NCBI GenBank assembly: GCA_951812945.1
Contig: CATOTB010000006.1
Coordinates: 77,335 to 141,334 of the forward strand
Reading direction: 5' to 3'
DNA from: Candidatus Dadabacteria bacterium
GTDB lineage: Bacteria > Desulfobacterota_D > UBA1144 > Nemesobacterales > Nemesobacteraceae
Length of the DNA stretch: 64,000 nucleotides
Shown here: in pieces, positions 47,721-57,704 of the stretch
Layout of the letters: every line of letters begins with the position of its first letter
How positions within the stretch are numbered: position 1 is the stretch's first letter
The notes under the pieces: generated by a model
Told to the model about the DNA's origin: nothing
Database searches by the model: none
Seen by the model: the letters and a program-made list of their open reading frames with translations, nothing else
Translations under genes and position numbers: made by a program

Positions 47721-48365
47721 TTATTTCAGTATTTCGCCTGTTTTTTCACTCCAGAGAAACAGATCCATTTCATCGAAATCAAATCCGTTTCTCTCAGAGA
47801 ATCTCTTGAACTTGTTTTCAATCTCGATGTATTTGGATCTTGAGTGTGGCGCCCGCGGGGATTCAGTTATATTGAGTTCAAAGAGGCACTGGAGTATGTG
47901 CTTATCAAGTATCGCGTAGCCGCGAAAACCGATGTTTCTTAGAAAATGGCTTGCTTCCTTAAAACCGAGTCCCTTTATATCCTTGTTAAGCGCGAAAAAA
48001 TCTCTTCTCTCGACCGGGTCTTTAAACGATAGAAGAAGCGGCCTCAGTTTGAGTCCAAATTCGCGGGCAAGATAGGCTCTTGTGTGGATCACATGTTTTG
48101 AGCGCACGTTTGGAAATCTGTATACTCCCCGAAGTTTCGCCCTTAGTTCATCCTCGCTTGCGCTCGGAAGAATACTCTTTACGGCGCTGAGCGCGCTCAG
48201 TCCCATCTTGGCGCTTGTTCCGGCCGTGAATATGCAGAAAACCAGTTCTTCGAAGATCACTTCTTCAGAAGCGTTTTTGATGATGTTTTCGAATTCTTTG
48301 AGCTTATGGCGTATCTCGGGGGTTTTTCGCGGAAGGCTCTCCCTTATTGACCGTACTGTCAACAT
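47721..48365 (-). CDS. Ogg2-type 8-oxoguanine DNA glycosylase paralog (tandem copy)
   Basis: ~214 aa from MLTVRSIRE... Contains DIKGLGFKEASHFLRNIGF. Collinear similarity to the adjacent copy along the whole length. The start is uncertain. Confidence 0.6.
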   Translation of the reverse strand: MLTVRSIRESLPRKTPEIRHKLKEFENIIKNASEEVIFEELVFCIFTAGTSAKMGLSALSAVKSILPSASEDELRAKLRGVYRFPNVRSKHVIHTRAYLAREFGLKLRPLLLSFKDPVERRDFFALNKDIKGLGFKEASHFLRNIGFRGYAILDKHILQCLFELNITESPRAPHSRSKYIEIENKFKRFSERNGFDFDEMDLFLWSEKTGEILK

Positions 48366-48372
48366 CCAGGGC

Positions 48373-49989
48373 TTATTTGTAGATGACCAGATTTCTTCCG
48401 GCGACCAGCGTGGTTGAGGACATGTTGTTCCACCTCTTGATCTGAGAGACCGAGACCCTGTAGCGAAGCGCCAGTTCACTAAGAGTATCGCCGGGGATTA
48501 TCTTGTGGCTCATTTTCCTCGGAACGTCGCGTGGTACGTAGGTGGATGAAAGTCTCTGGGGGATAGAGAGGGTTTTTCCCGCTATTATAAGCGAGCTCTT
48601 AAGGTTGTTAGCCCTTTTTATTGCGTCGATTGAGGTTCCGTATCTTTTCGCCAGAAGGTAAATATTTTCCCCGGGACGAATTTTGTGCTTTACGTATACG
48701 AGATTTCCTCTCGAAGGTATCTTCAGTCTCTGTCCGGGACGTATTACCGAACTGGAAAGGCGATTTGCGTACTTGAGTTTCTCGACGGACGTTCCGAATT
48801 TCCTGGCTATTTTCCATAAGCTGTCATCCCGTCTCACCGTATATCTTATCGGCCTTGTCCTGAAAGGAATTTCAACGTCTTTTAAGGCAATTACTTGGTC
48901 TTGGACTGAAATGAGTTTCTCCGCGTAGTCCTTGGGGACCTTGAGCTCATAAGCTCCTCCAGGAGGAGTGGAGAGTCCTACGAGCGAGGGATTGTACTTG
49001 GAAATTTCCTTGTATCCCATGTCAAGCAGGTTGGCGATTTCCGCAATACTTTTTCTGGGCGGAACGCTCACGGCTTGATAATCCTTCTCCAGTTTTGTGA
49101 TTCTGAAGCCGTATTTCTCAGGGTCATTGGCTATTATCAAAGCGGCGTTGAATTTTGGCAGGTAGTTTCTTGTTTCCCTCGGAAGCTTTCTTGAGAGTGT
49201 CCAGAAATCGGTCGAACCCGTTTTTTTCATGGCCCTCAATACCCTTCTCTCCCCGCAGTTGTAGCCTGCGAGGGCAAGTTCCCATGAACCGAATTCTTCA
49301 TGCATTTTCTTGAGATATCTGGCCGCCGCCAGGGTTGATTTATCTACGTCCATCCTCTCGTCTACCCAGTAGTTTATTTTGAGTCCGTACTTCAGGCCGG
49401 TTGGTCTTATGAATTGCCAGAGCCCGACGGCGTTTTTTCTTGAAACGGCCCTAGGGTTAAAACCGCTTTCTATTAGAGGTAGGTACGCGATCTCTAAGGG
49501 AATTCCCTCGGAGCGGAGGATTTCCTTGATTTCCGGGAGAAATATGCCGGATCTTTTGAGAATCTCGGCGAAGTTTCTCTTCCCTTTTCCCGATGAGAAC
49601 CGGCGGATGTAATGTTCAACTCTTGAGTTTCTCTTTACCTCGAATTTTATGTTCTCGTAACTTTGTTGAGGGTTCGTGTGCCCGACTGCCGGGGTTCCTT
49701 GAGCTCCAAGCTCTATCTGGGGAACCTGCGGGATTTGCTTAGCAGATTCAGAAGATAATTGGGTTTCGGTATCGGAGTCTTTCCCCCCAATTTTTTCGAT
49801 TTCTTCGGGCTCTTCAGTTTTCTGCGCTAACTCGACGAATACGGTCTGTTCTTCTTGCGAAAACGGGGTCGGTCCCAGTAAATCCTTGCTGAATGCGGTA
49901 GTGGAATCCCATGGCAGAAAAACGGTGAAAATCGCGCAGAGTGTAAGAATTAAGTTAGAATTGATTCTGTCTGAAGTAAATTTATCCAT
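48373..49989 (-). CDS. mltD: Membrane-bound lytic murein transglycosylase D-like (SLT domain plus three LysM repeats)
   Basis: 538 aa. SLT catalytic region ...ESGFNPRAVSRKNAVGLWQF... and three C-terminal LysM motifs. Confidence 0.8.
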   Translation of the reverse strand: MDKFTSDRINSNLILTLCAIFTVFLPWDSTTAFSKDLLGPTPFSQEEQTVFVELAQKTEEPEEIEKIGGKDSDTETQLSSESAKQIPQVPQIELGAQGTPAVGHTNPQQSYENIKFEVKRNSRVEHYIRRFSSGKGKRNFAEILKRSGIFLPEIKEILRSEGIPLEIAYLPLIESGFNPRAVSRKNAVGLWQFIRPTGLKYGLKINYWVDERMDVDKSTLAAARYLKKMHEEFGSWELALAGYNCGERRVLRAMKKTGSTDFWTLSRKLPRETRNYLPKFNAALIIANDPEKYGFRITKLEKDYQAVSVPPRKSIAEIANLLDMGYKEISKYNPSLVGLSTPPGGAYELKVPKDYAEKLISVQDQVIALKDVEIPFRTRPIRYTVRRDDSLWKIARKFGTSVEKLKYANRLSSSVIRPGQRLKIPSRGNLVYVKHKIRPGENIYLLAKRYGTSIDAIKRANNLKSSLIIAGKTLSIPQRLSSTYVPRDVPRKMSHKIIPGDTLSELALRYRVSVSQIKRWNNMSSTTLVAGRNLVIYK

Positions 49990-50206
49990 GTATGTTCGCG
50001 GTTTTGAATTAATGGTGGGGACGGCAATCCCCGAATAGAACCTTCCGGTTTATTTTTCCGTTAGTTATTTGTATAATGATTATAACCACATGGTTCTAAT
50101 CATCAAAGTATGTTGTGGGAAATTTCATAAGAACGAAACTTTTCAGCTTTTTGTTTTCCCAAGTCTTTGATAAAATTTCCCCCTTGAACACACCTGGAGT
50201 CGTGAG

Positions 50207-51319
50207 TTGAGCAAAAAAACCATTGCGGTCCTTTTCGGCGGTATTTCGGTTGAGCATGAGGTGTCGCTAGTTTCATCAAAATTTGTCATCAGTAATCTCG
50301 ATCCTTCAAAATTCTCTCTGTTGCCGATTTTCATTTCCAAAGAGGGTTGCTGGCAAAGAGCCGTTGTTGAGAACTGGCCGGAGGGGGAGACCCCCGCCCT
50401 GATTCCCAACTCCGAGATCGTACCCATGCTCCAGGGTTCTTCCCCCGGTCGTCTTGCCGAAATAATCAAAGGGGAGGTAACCAAGATCTTTTCCGTGGAT
50501 GCCGTTTTCCCCGTTCTTCACGGAACTTTCGGCGAGGATGGATCGGTACAGGGTTTGATTGACCTTATGGGTGTTCCCTGCGTGGGAGTGGATCTGCTTG
50601 GGTCTTCGCTTTGCATTGACAAGATAGTCTCAAAAACCATTCTCAGGGATAACGGTATTCCGGTTGTTTCCTTCTTTGGTTTTGCGAAAACCGGATGGGA
50701 AAATGATAAAGAAGCAATTCTCCGTCGCATAGAAGACGAGATAGGGTTTCCCTGCTTCGTAAAATCCTCAAACCTCGGTTCAAGCGTAGGAGTTTCAAAG
50801 GTGGGTTCTCCCGCGGTAATTGCCGATGCTGTGGAGGCTTCTTTTGATTTTTCTGAAAGGGTAGTCGTTGAGCGGGCCGTATTGAACCTAAGGGAAGTCG
50901 AGGTAAGCGTAATTGGAAACCAGGATCCAAAGGCATCGCTTCCCGGGGAACTCGTCGTGCAGGGAGGTTTTTATGATTACGAAAAGAAGTACCATGACGA
51001 ATCCACGGAACTTTGCATCCCCTGCGACCTTGATCAGAAGATTCAGGATGAAATCAGAACCCTCGCTCTTGCTTCCTATTCCGCTCTTTGCTGCACCGGT
51101 ATGGCGAGGGTGGACTTTCTGGTTGACGCTGATACGGAGCAGGTGTTTGTAAGCGAGATAAACACTATCCCCGGCTTTACCCCCATAAGCATGTACCCGA
51201 AACTGTGGGAGGCAAGCGGAATTCCCGTCGGGGAAATGCTCGAGATGCTGGTTGAGCTTGCGGAGCAGAGGCATCGGATGAGGAGGGAACTCAGAACGGA
51301 TTTTTCGGGCTCCCGGTAG
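50207..51319 (+). CDS. ddl: D-alanine--D-alanine ligase
   Basis: 370 aa. Ddl N-terminus KKTIAVLFGGISVEHEVSL and the ATP-grasp motifs. Confidence 0.9.
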   Translation: MSKKTIAVLFGGISVEHEVSLVSSKFVISNLDPSKFSLLPIFISKEGCWQRAVVENWPEGETPALIPNSEIVPMLQGSSPGRLAEIIKGEVTKIFSVDAVFPVLHGTFGEDGSVQGLIDLMGVPCVGVDLLGSSLCIDKIVSKTILRDNGIPVVSFFGFAKTGWENDKEAILRRIEDEIGFPCFVKSSNLGSSVGVSKVGSPAVIADAVEASFDFSERVVVERAVLNLREVEVSVIGNQDPKASLPGELVVQGGFYDYEKKYHDESTELCIPCDLDQKIQDEIRTLALASYSALCCTGMARVDFLVDADTEQVFVSEINTIPGFTPISMYPKLWEASGIPVGEMLEMLVELAEQRHRMRRELRTDFSGSR

Positions 51320-51322
51320 GAT

Positions 51323-52234
51323 TCACTTGCCGAGAATGTCGTTTTTCTGTCCCCGGAAAAGTACTAGGAAGACCACTCCGGCGATTATGGAAGCTCCCCC
51401 AAGAAGTTTCGTGACCGATGGCAGGTCGTCGAAGAAGACGTGCGCGAGAATCAGCACGAAGATCGATTCCATCGGCATGACGGCTGTTGTTCTTGAGATA
51501 TCAAGAAGCTTTATGGCGTGAAACTGGCTTCCTTTGGCTATGTACGCTCCACACGCCCCTCCGCACGCCATTATGAGTGCCTGTTTGAGGTTAGGGGGTT
51601 CGAAGGTTCCGGTGAGCATTAGGTAGATGAAAAGAACTATGGAAACCCCCAGGGTTCTGAGCGTTGCCACTGTGAGCATATTAAGGTCCTGCGCTATCTT
51701 CTTTACCATGAAGGAAAGAAGGGAGTACAAAAACGCGGCTCCAATAGCCATGGCTGTTCCGAAGATGAGGTAGTCTTCTTTTTGGTAGGCAACCACAGCT
51801 CCGCCCGCCACCGTCATCACTATTCCTATGCTCTCCCCTTTGTTGAGCCTTTCCCCGAGAAAGAGTATGCCGAGCAGAAGGGCAAAAAGCGTCTGGGCTT
51901 TCATTAGGAATGAAGTGAGAGCCGGCCCGATTGTCCAGAGTGCCACCATCCACAAAGCGGCTCCGGCCGAGGTTATCACGGAACTCCAGATGAAAATGTC
52001 GCGGTACTGGCGGATTCTTTTAAGTTCCTCTCTCTGTGCGCGAAGGAAGGGGAACAGAATCAGGGCGACTATAAAAGCCCCGAAGAACCAGAAAAACGTA
52101 GTGGTTTCGGGGTGAAGGTCGCTTCGCTCAAGCGCTTTTCCTATGGCGTAGGAAAGTGCCGTGAAAAAAGCGGTGGCTATCAGAAAAAGATAGCCTTTTA
52201 TGGGGAGCCTTTCTTTTTTCTCAGTTTTGTTCAT
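51323..52234 (-). CDS. DMT/EamA family transporter
   Basis: 303 aa, ten predicted TM helices in two EamA-like repeats. Confidence 0.6.
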   Translation of the reverse strand: MNKTEKKERLPIKGYLFLIATAFFTALSYAIGKALERSDLHPETTTFFWFFGAFIVALILFPFLRAQREELKRIRQYRDIFIWSSVITSAGAALWMVALWTIGPALTSFLMKAQTLFALLLGILFLGERLNKGESIGIVMTVAGGAVVAYQKEDYLIFGTAMAIGAAFLYSLLSFMVKKIAQDLNMLTVATLRTLGVSIVLFIYLMLTGTFEPPNLKQALIMACGGACGAYIAKGSQFHAIKLLDISRTTAVMPMESIFVLILAHVFFDDLPSVTKLLGGASIIAGVVFLVLFRGQKNDILGK

Positions 52235-53171
52235 GAACGCTCCTGTTTCTCCATAACGAGGCTATTGCTCCGCCCGAGATGTTATGCCAGATGCTGAAAA
52301 GCGCGGCGGGAAGAGCGGAGAGATAACCGAAATGCAGCTGGGAAAGAGCCGCCGCGAGTCCAGAGTTCTGCATTCCCACTTCTACGGATATCGCCCTGCA
52401 ACTGCTTTCCCGAAAACCCAGTGCCTTCGCTATAAGATAACCGCATATAAGCCCCAGGGCGTTATGAATGATCACTACAACCAAAACCACGGCGCCTATG
52501 GTTTTTATGGATTCTGCGTTCAAAGCCACGATTATTCCTACGACAAGAGCTATCACCAGAGACGATACGGAGGGCAAAAAGGGCAGTACGGCCTCTGATT
52601 TTCTCCCGAACAGCTTTCTTAATATAACTCCCAGAAGTACCGGCAGCAGCACTATCTGAAGCGCGGAGATGAAAAGGTCCGCGACCGGAATATCTATCCA
52701 TTTTCCCGCATAACCGTACATCAGCGCGGGCAGCAGAAACGGGCAAAGAAGCGTTGAAACCGAAGTAAGCGTTACGGAAAGCGCAAGGTCACCTCTTGCC
52801 AGATAGGTGATCACGTTTGATGCCGTTCCCCCCGGGCACGAACCCACGAGAACGATTCCCACCGCGATCAGAGGATTTATTCCGAACGCAAGGGCGAGGA
52901 GAAAGCCCAGAAGGGGCATCACAACGTATTGAGCGCAGACGCCCACAAAAATCTCAAGCGGTCTTAAGAAAACCCTTCTGAAATCATCGATTCTGAGCGT
53001 TATGCCCATTGCGAACATTATCACCGCGAGCATTGGCACTATAAGGAATCCGAGATTCTTGAAAACGTGGGGGAAAAAATACGCGACGGCCGAGAACAGT
53101 ATTATCCAGAGGATGAAAAACCTTGTTATGAAGCCTGCAAGCGAAGTCAGGGCACTTTTTGTCGAATTCAA
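52221..53171 (-). CDS. Bile acid:sodium symporter (BASS) family transporter
   Basis: 316 aa polytopic protein with the BASS-like pattern ...GSCPGGTASNVITYLARGD... Confidence 0.6.
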   Translation of the reverse strand: MNSTKSALTSLAGFITRFFILWIILFSAVAYFFPHVFKNLGFLIVPMLAVIMFAMGITLRIDDFRRVFLRPLEIFVGVCAQYVVMPLLGFLLALAFGINPLIAVGIVLVGSCPGGTASNVITYLARGDLALSVTLTSVSTLLCPFLLPALMYGYAGKWIDIPVADLFISALQIVLLPVLLGVILRKLFGRKSEAVLPFLPSVSSLVIALVVGIIVALNAESIKTIGAVVLVVVIIHNALGLICGYLIAKALGFRESSCRAISVEVGMQNSGLAAALSQLHFGYLSALPAALFSIWHNISGGAIASLWRNRSVHEQN

Positions 53172-53218
53172 CTTTGTTTGTTACCGTCAGGTTGCCGGGG
53201 GGCGATTGCGGTGGAGCT

Positions 53219-53617
53219 CTATCGCTTCGGCTCAACCCCGATTGCTATTTTCGAGAATCCTTGGGTTTTCGCAAGGTCCATGGTGCTTACCACAGGGCCG
53301 TGCATAGCTTCGGAATCCGCCCTTATTATTATCAGGGTGTCTTTGTTGGGTATTTTCTGAAACTCATGCTTTAGGGAGTTAGCGGAGGGCATAAGCACAT
53401 CGTTGAAATAAACTTTTCCGTCTTTGGCAATGTTTATGTTTACATCTTTTACCTCGACGATTTCGCCGGTCGCTTTCGGTAAATTGACTTTTATTCCACT
53501 TGATATGGCGAAATTAAGTGTAAGCGCAAAGAAAATAAGGAGGTTGAAAATCACGTCCACGATGGGAGCCATGTCTATGCCGGACCTGCTACCTGATTTT
53601 CTCTGTGAGAATTTCAT
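53219..53617 (-). CDS. exbD: Biopolymer transport protein ExbD/TolR
   Basis: 132 aa. Single N-terminal TM segment (IDMAPIVDVIFNLLIFF) followed by a periplasmic domain. Confidence 0.75.
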   Translation of the reverse strand: MKFSQRKSGSRSGIDMAPIVDVIFNLLIFFALTLNFAISSGIKVNLPKATGEIVEVKDVNINIAKDGKVYFNDVLMPSANSLKHEFQKIPNKDTLIIIRADSEAMHGPVVSTMDLAKTQGFSKIAIGVEPKR

Positions 53618-54234
53618 AGGGATGCCTTTGCGGAAAAAGCTTCCAGTATTTTTTTGCCTTCGTCCTCAAGCTCGGAGATTATCTCCTTGAATTTTCCGTC
53701 GGTGTATTTGTAGGCTATGAGCGCCGGGATCGCTATCGTGAGCCCGAGGGCCGTCGTATAAAGTGCCTCTGAGATGCCTCCCGCGAGGGAAGGCGGATCC
53801 ACTATATCCTTCTCCGATATTACGGCGAACACTTTTATCATTCCCGATATCGTTCCGAGAAGCCCGATAAGGGTGCTTATGCTGCTTATGGTGAGCAGGG
53901 TATCGATATATTTTTCAAGGCCCTGCGCCTCGGCCTTTCCGGCTGCCTCAATGGCTTCTTCCATTTCCGCTTTCGATTTGCCTGAGTTCTGCGCGGCCGC
54001 GAGAGCTATCTTGGCTACCGCAGAATCGTTTGATGCGGAAAGGGATTTTGCCTCTTCAAGCCCCTTTGTCTCGACAGTCTTGTACAGGCTTGAAAGAAAT
54101 TCTTCGGGGAGAAGCTTTTTCCTCTGAAGTATATGAAATTTCTGAAGAAAAATCGCAAGTCCGAATATGGAACATAAAATCAGGGGGAAAATATATATTC
54201 CGCCCTTGGTAAACAGATCAATAATTGCGTCCAT
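53614..54234 (-). CDS. exbB: MotA/TolQ/ExbB proton channel protein
   Basis: 206 aa with three TM helices. Stop overlaps the exbD start. Confidence 0.75.
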   Translation of the reverse strand: MDAIIDLFTKGGIYIFPLILCSIFGLAIFLQKFHILQRKKLLPEEFLSSLYKTVETKGLEEAKSLSASNDSAVAKIALAAAQNSGKSKAEMEEAIEAAGKAEAQGLEKYIDTLLTISSISTLIGLLGTISGMIKVFAVISEKDIVDPPSLAGGISEALYTTALGLTIAIPALIAYKYTDGKFKEIISELEDEGKKILEAFSAKASL

Positions 54235-54410
54235 GGGGATTTATCCTTGTAGAGAGGTTTTTGCTCCGAAGTTTAGGTTTTCGATACAACGGAACCATTA
54301 TAAAACAAATCCGGGCTTTCTCCAAGTAGAATTTATCGAGGCGTCCTACTTCGTTCGTCATCAATTGTTTTCCGCTGTTTTTTTCGGGTAGATTTTCTAC
54401 CTCGAAACCT

Positions 54411-55688
54411 GTGGGGGCTTATATGATGAACTCCGATTTTGAATACGTTAACGGCGAACTTTACGTGGAAAAGGTTCCCGTGAGGGAGATATGCGAGAAT
54501 CTGGGAACTCCAGCCTATATCTATAGCCACAATTCCATCAGGTCAAGCTTCCTTGAATATAAAGAGGCGTTTTCCGAAATAGACCCCCTGATCTGCTATT
54601 CCGTAAAGGCAAACTCGAATATATCCGTACTGAAGATTTTCTCCTCAATGGATTCCGGTTTCGATATAGTCTCGTCGGGGGAACTGCAGAGGGTTGTTGC
54701 CGCGAGGGGAGACGCCTCGAAAGTCGTGTTCTCGGGAGTCGGAAAGACTGAAGAAGAAATAAAGGCCGCACTTCGCTCCCGGATACTTTTTTTCAACGTG
54801 GAATCCGAAGCGGAGCTTCAGAAAATAAACGATGTGGCCATCTCCATCGGGAAGAGGGCCCCGGTCGCTATAAGGGTGAATCCTGATGTTGATCCCGACA
54901 CACATCCGTACATATCAACGGGTTTTGAGAAAAGCAAGTTCGGTATCGGAATCGAAAAAGCGGCGAATGTTTACAGAAATGCCTCGCGGATGAAGGGGAT
55001 TGAGATAAGGGGGATTGACGCCCATATAGGTTCCCAGATATTCGATCTTTCCTCCTTTTCAGAGTCCATATCGAAGCTCGTTTATCTCGCCGACAGGCTG
55101 GGGGACGACGGGATTGAAATTTCCTACATAGATATAGGAGGAGGCTTGGCGATAAGCTATGAGAGCGAGGAGAAGCCTCCGGCGAAATCCGAGTACGCGC
55201 GGGTTTTCGAAGAGCATCTTCGCGATACCAGCTACGGACTGGTTCTTGAGCCCGGAAGATCAATGGTGGGCAATGCGGGAATAATGGCCACCAGGGTGCT
55301 TTATATCAAGGAAGGGACTTCGAAGAAATTCGTAATAGTTGACGCCGCGATGAACGATCTTGTAAGGCCCGCGTTCTACGACTCCTTCCACCGCATAGAG
55401 CCGGTGCGCGGAGGAGATTCCGGACCCCCCGAGGTGGTGGATATAGTCGGCCCCATATGCGAATCCGGAGATTTTCTGGCAAGAGACAGGAGTTTCCCCG
55501 CGGTTTCCGCAGGTGAGCTGCTTGCGGTCTTCAGCGCTGGGGCCTACGGTTTTGTGATGTCGTCGAATTACAATACGAGACCCCGGGCGGCGGAAGTTCT
55601 TGTAAGCGGCGAGAGGTACTGTGAGATAAGGGCGAGGGAGACTCTCGAGGATATGCTCAAAGCCGAGAGGATCGCGGAATTTCTTTAG
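54411..55688 (+). CDS. lysA: Diaminopimelate decarboxylase
   Basis: 425 aa. PLP-binding CYSVKAN and a fold-III decarboxylase C-terminal domain. Confidence 0.9.
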   Translation: MGAYMMNSDFEYVNGELYVEKVPVREICENLGTPAYIYSHNSIRSSFLEYKEAFSEIDPLICYSVKANSNISVLKIFSSMDSGFDIVSSGELQRVVAARGDASKVVFSGVGKTEEEIKAALRSRILFFNVESEAELQKINDVAISIGKRAPVAIRVNPDVDPDTHPYISTGFEKSKFGIGIEKAANVYRNASRMKGIEIRGIDAHIGSQIFDLSSFSESISKLVYLADRLGDDGIEISYIDIGGGLAISYESEEKPPAKSEYARVFEEHLRDTSYGLVLEPGRSMVGNAGIMATRVLYIKEGTSKKFVIVDAAMNDLVRPAFYDSFHRIEPVRGGDSGPPEVVDIVGPICESGDFLARDRSFPAVSAGELLAVFSAGAYGFVMSSNYNTRPRAAEVLVSGERYCEIRARETLEDMLKAERIAEFL

Positions 55689-55731
55689 TATCGGGTCTGT
55701 GGCTGCGACGCCTTGGCTTGGGGATTAAGTC

Positions 55732-57693
55732 ATGAAACAGGATTTTAATGGACTTAGGGTAACGTCTTTTGAAAGTCGCCGTTGCGAGGAGATGAAAAAG
55801 CTCATCTCTTATCATGGCGGCGTGCCCAGGGTCGCGCCCTCGATGAGAGAAGTTCCGGATCTGAAAACTCCCTACGTTGCCAGGTTTGCCGATGACCTTT
55901 TCTCGGGCAGCGTTGACCTTCTTATTCTCATGACGGGGGTTGGCACTCGGATTCTCTCCGACATGGTAACTGCGGAGTCGGGGGAAAAAGAGTATGTCGA
56001 GGCTCTGCGTGCGACAACCATTCTTGCAAGAGGTCCAAAACCCGTCGCGGCGCTTCGCAAACTGGGGCTGAGACCTGATATCACCGTTTCTGAACCGAAC
56101 ACCTGGAGGGACATCCTCTCCACTTTTGATCAAAGAGACATGTCGCTTGAGAACCTGATCGTGTATGTTCAGGAATACGGCGTTTCCAATGAGGAATTCC
56201 TCGGTTCCCTTGAAAAAAGAGGGGCGGACGTAAGAAGGATTCCCATTTACAGGTGGGCGTTGCCGGAAGATCTGGGTCCCCTGCGGGACGCGGTAAGGTC
56301 CATATCCGAGGGCGCAGAGGATTGTCTTCTGTTCACAAGCTCCCGCCAGGTATCCAATCTTTTTGAGATTGCGGGTACGCACGAACGCGGTAATGAATTC
56401 ATGGAGGGAATGAAAAAAGCTCTTGTATGCTCAATCGGGCCAACCACTACCGAGACGCTCAGAGAAAACGGAATATCCGTTGACTATGAGCCCGACAGCC
56501 CGAAGATGGGAAATCTGGTGAGAGAAGTGGCCAGAAGATCCGCGGTGCTTCTGGCGAAGAAAAGAACCGCTTTTCAGAACGGGGTTGATACCCGGAACTG
56601 GAACCGCACGCAGATGGTCTGGTCCGGGGATGGCGCGCAGGCCCAAAGAAGAGAAATCACGTCTGAAGGAGCATTTATGAAGGCGTGTCGGCTCGAGAAG
56701 GCCGATCATACACCAATCTGGATTATGCGCCAGGCGGGAAGATTCCTTCGGGAATACAGGGAGGTCCGATCCCGCGTTTCGTTCAAGGAGCTTTGCAAGA
56801 CTCCGGATATGGCTTCGGAAATCACGCTAATGACGGTTGACCGCTTGGGCGTGGACGCTGCTATCATTTTCTCCGACATACTGCTCATACTGGAACCCCT
56901 GGGGCTTTCGCTTGAGTATTCAAGCGTTGATGGTCCCGTTATAGGCAAACCTCTTCGAACCCGAAGGCGCATAGAGGCTCTTAGAGACTTTGATCCTGAA
57001 AGCATGGATTTTGTCTACCAGGCCGTGCGTACCACGAGACGGGCGCTTGACCCCGAAGTTTCGCTTCTTGGTTTTACCGGTGCTCCGTTCACAGTAGCCT
57101 CCTACGCAATTGAAGGAAGCGGCTCAAAAAATTACATCAACACGAAAAAACTCATGTATGGAGACCCTTCTTTGTGGGAAAGACTTATGGAGATCCTGAC
57201 CTCAAGCATTTCGGATTACCTTTGTGCTCAGGTGGAAGCCGGGGCCGATGCAGTGCAGATTTTCGACAGCTGGGTAGGTTGTCTCTCTCCCGCGGATTAT
57301 GAAAAGTTTGTCTTTCCGCACGTAAAAAAGCTTGTCTCAACGCTTCCGTCGGATGTCCCGGTAATATTGTTCGGAACCGGAACCGGCTCACTTCTCGAGC
57401 TCATGGGGAAGACTGGAGCTGGAGTTATCGGTCTTGACTGGAGGGTTGATATTCTTGATGGCTGGCGCAGGGCCGGCAGTTCTCTTGCGGTTCAGGGGAA
57501 TCTGGATCCCGTTTCCGTGCTCTCAACCCCGTCTCACGTTGTCGGTGAGGCAAGGAAGATACTGGACAGAGTAGGGGAGAGGCCAGGGCATATATTCAAC
57601 CTGGGGCATGGAGTACTGCCGCAGACACCGGTTGATAATGTTCTAAGACTGATTGATGAGGTTCACGAGTATTCTGCGCAAGCAGAGGAGTAG
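55732..57693 (+). CDS. hemDE: Fusion protein: uroporphyrinogen-III synthase (HemD, N-terminal ~300 aa) and uroporphyrinogen decarboxylase (HemE, C-terminal ~350 aa)
   Basis: 653 aa. The N-terminal half is HemD-like. The C-terminal half begins ...HTPIWIMRQAGRFLREYREV, the HemE signature (PVWxMRQAGR). Confidence 0.85.
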   Translation: MKQDFNGLRVTSFESRRCEEMKKLISYHGGVPRVAPSMREVPDLKTPYVARFADDLFSGSVDLLILMTGVGTRILSDMVTAESGEKEYVEALRATTILARGPKPVAALRKLGLRPDITVSEPNTWRDILSTFDQRDMSLENLIVYVQEYGVSNEEFLGSLEKRGADVRRIPIYRWALPEDLGPLRDAVRSISEGAEDCLLFTSSRQVSNLFEIAGTHERGNEFMEGMKKALVCSIGPTTTETLRENGISVDYEPDSPKMGNLVREVARRSAVLLAKKRTAFQNGVDTRNWNRTQMVWSGDGAQAQRREITSEGAFMKACRLEKADHTPIWIMRQAGRFLREYREVRSRVSFKELCKTPDMASEITLMTVDRLGVDAAIIFSDILLILEPLGLSLEYSSVDGPVIGKPLRTRRRIEALRDFDPESMDFVYQAVRTTRRALDPEVSLLGFTGAPFTVASYAIEGSGSKNYINTKKLMYGDPSLWERLMEILTSSISDYLCAQVEAGADAVQIFDSWVGCLSPADYEKFVFPHVKKLVSTLPSDVPVILFGTGTGSLLELMGKTGAGVIGLDWRVDILDGWRRAGSSLAVQGNLDPVSVLSTPSHVVGEARKILDRVGERPGHIFNLGHGVLPQTPVDNVLRLIDEVHEYSAQAEE

Positions 57694-57704
57694 AAGGGGA
57701 CTTT

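Noticed and set aside
48366-48479. The longer 252-aa version of the second Ogg2 paralog, starting at 48479
   Set aside because: Would overlap the mltD coding region by >100 nt. The internal Met at 48365 gives a length matching the neighbouring paralog.
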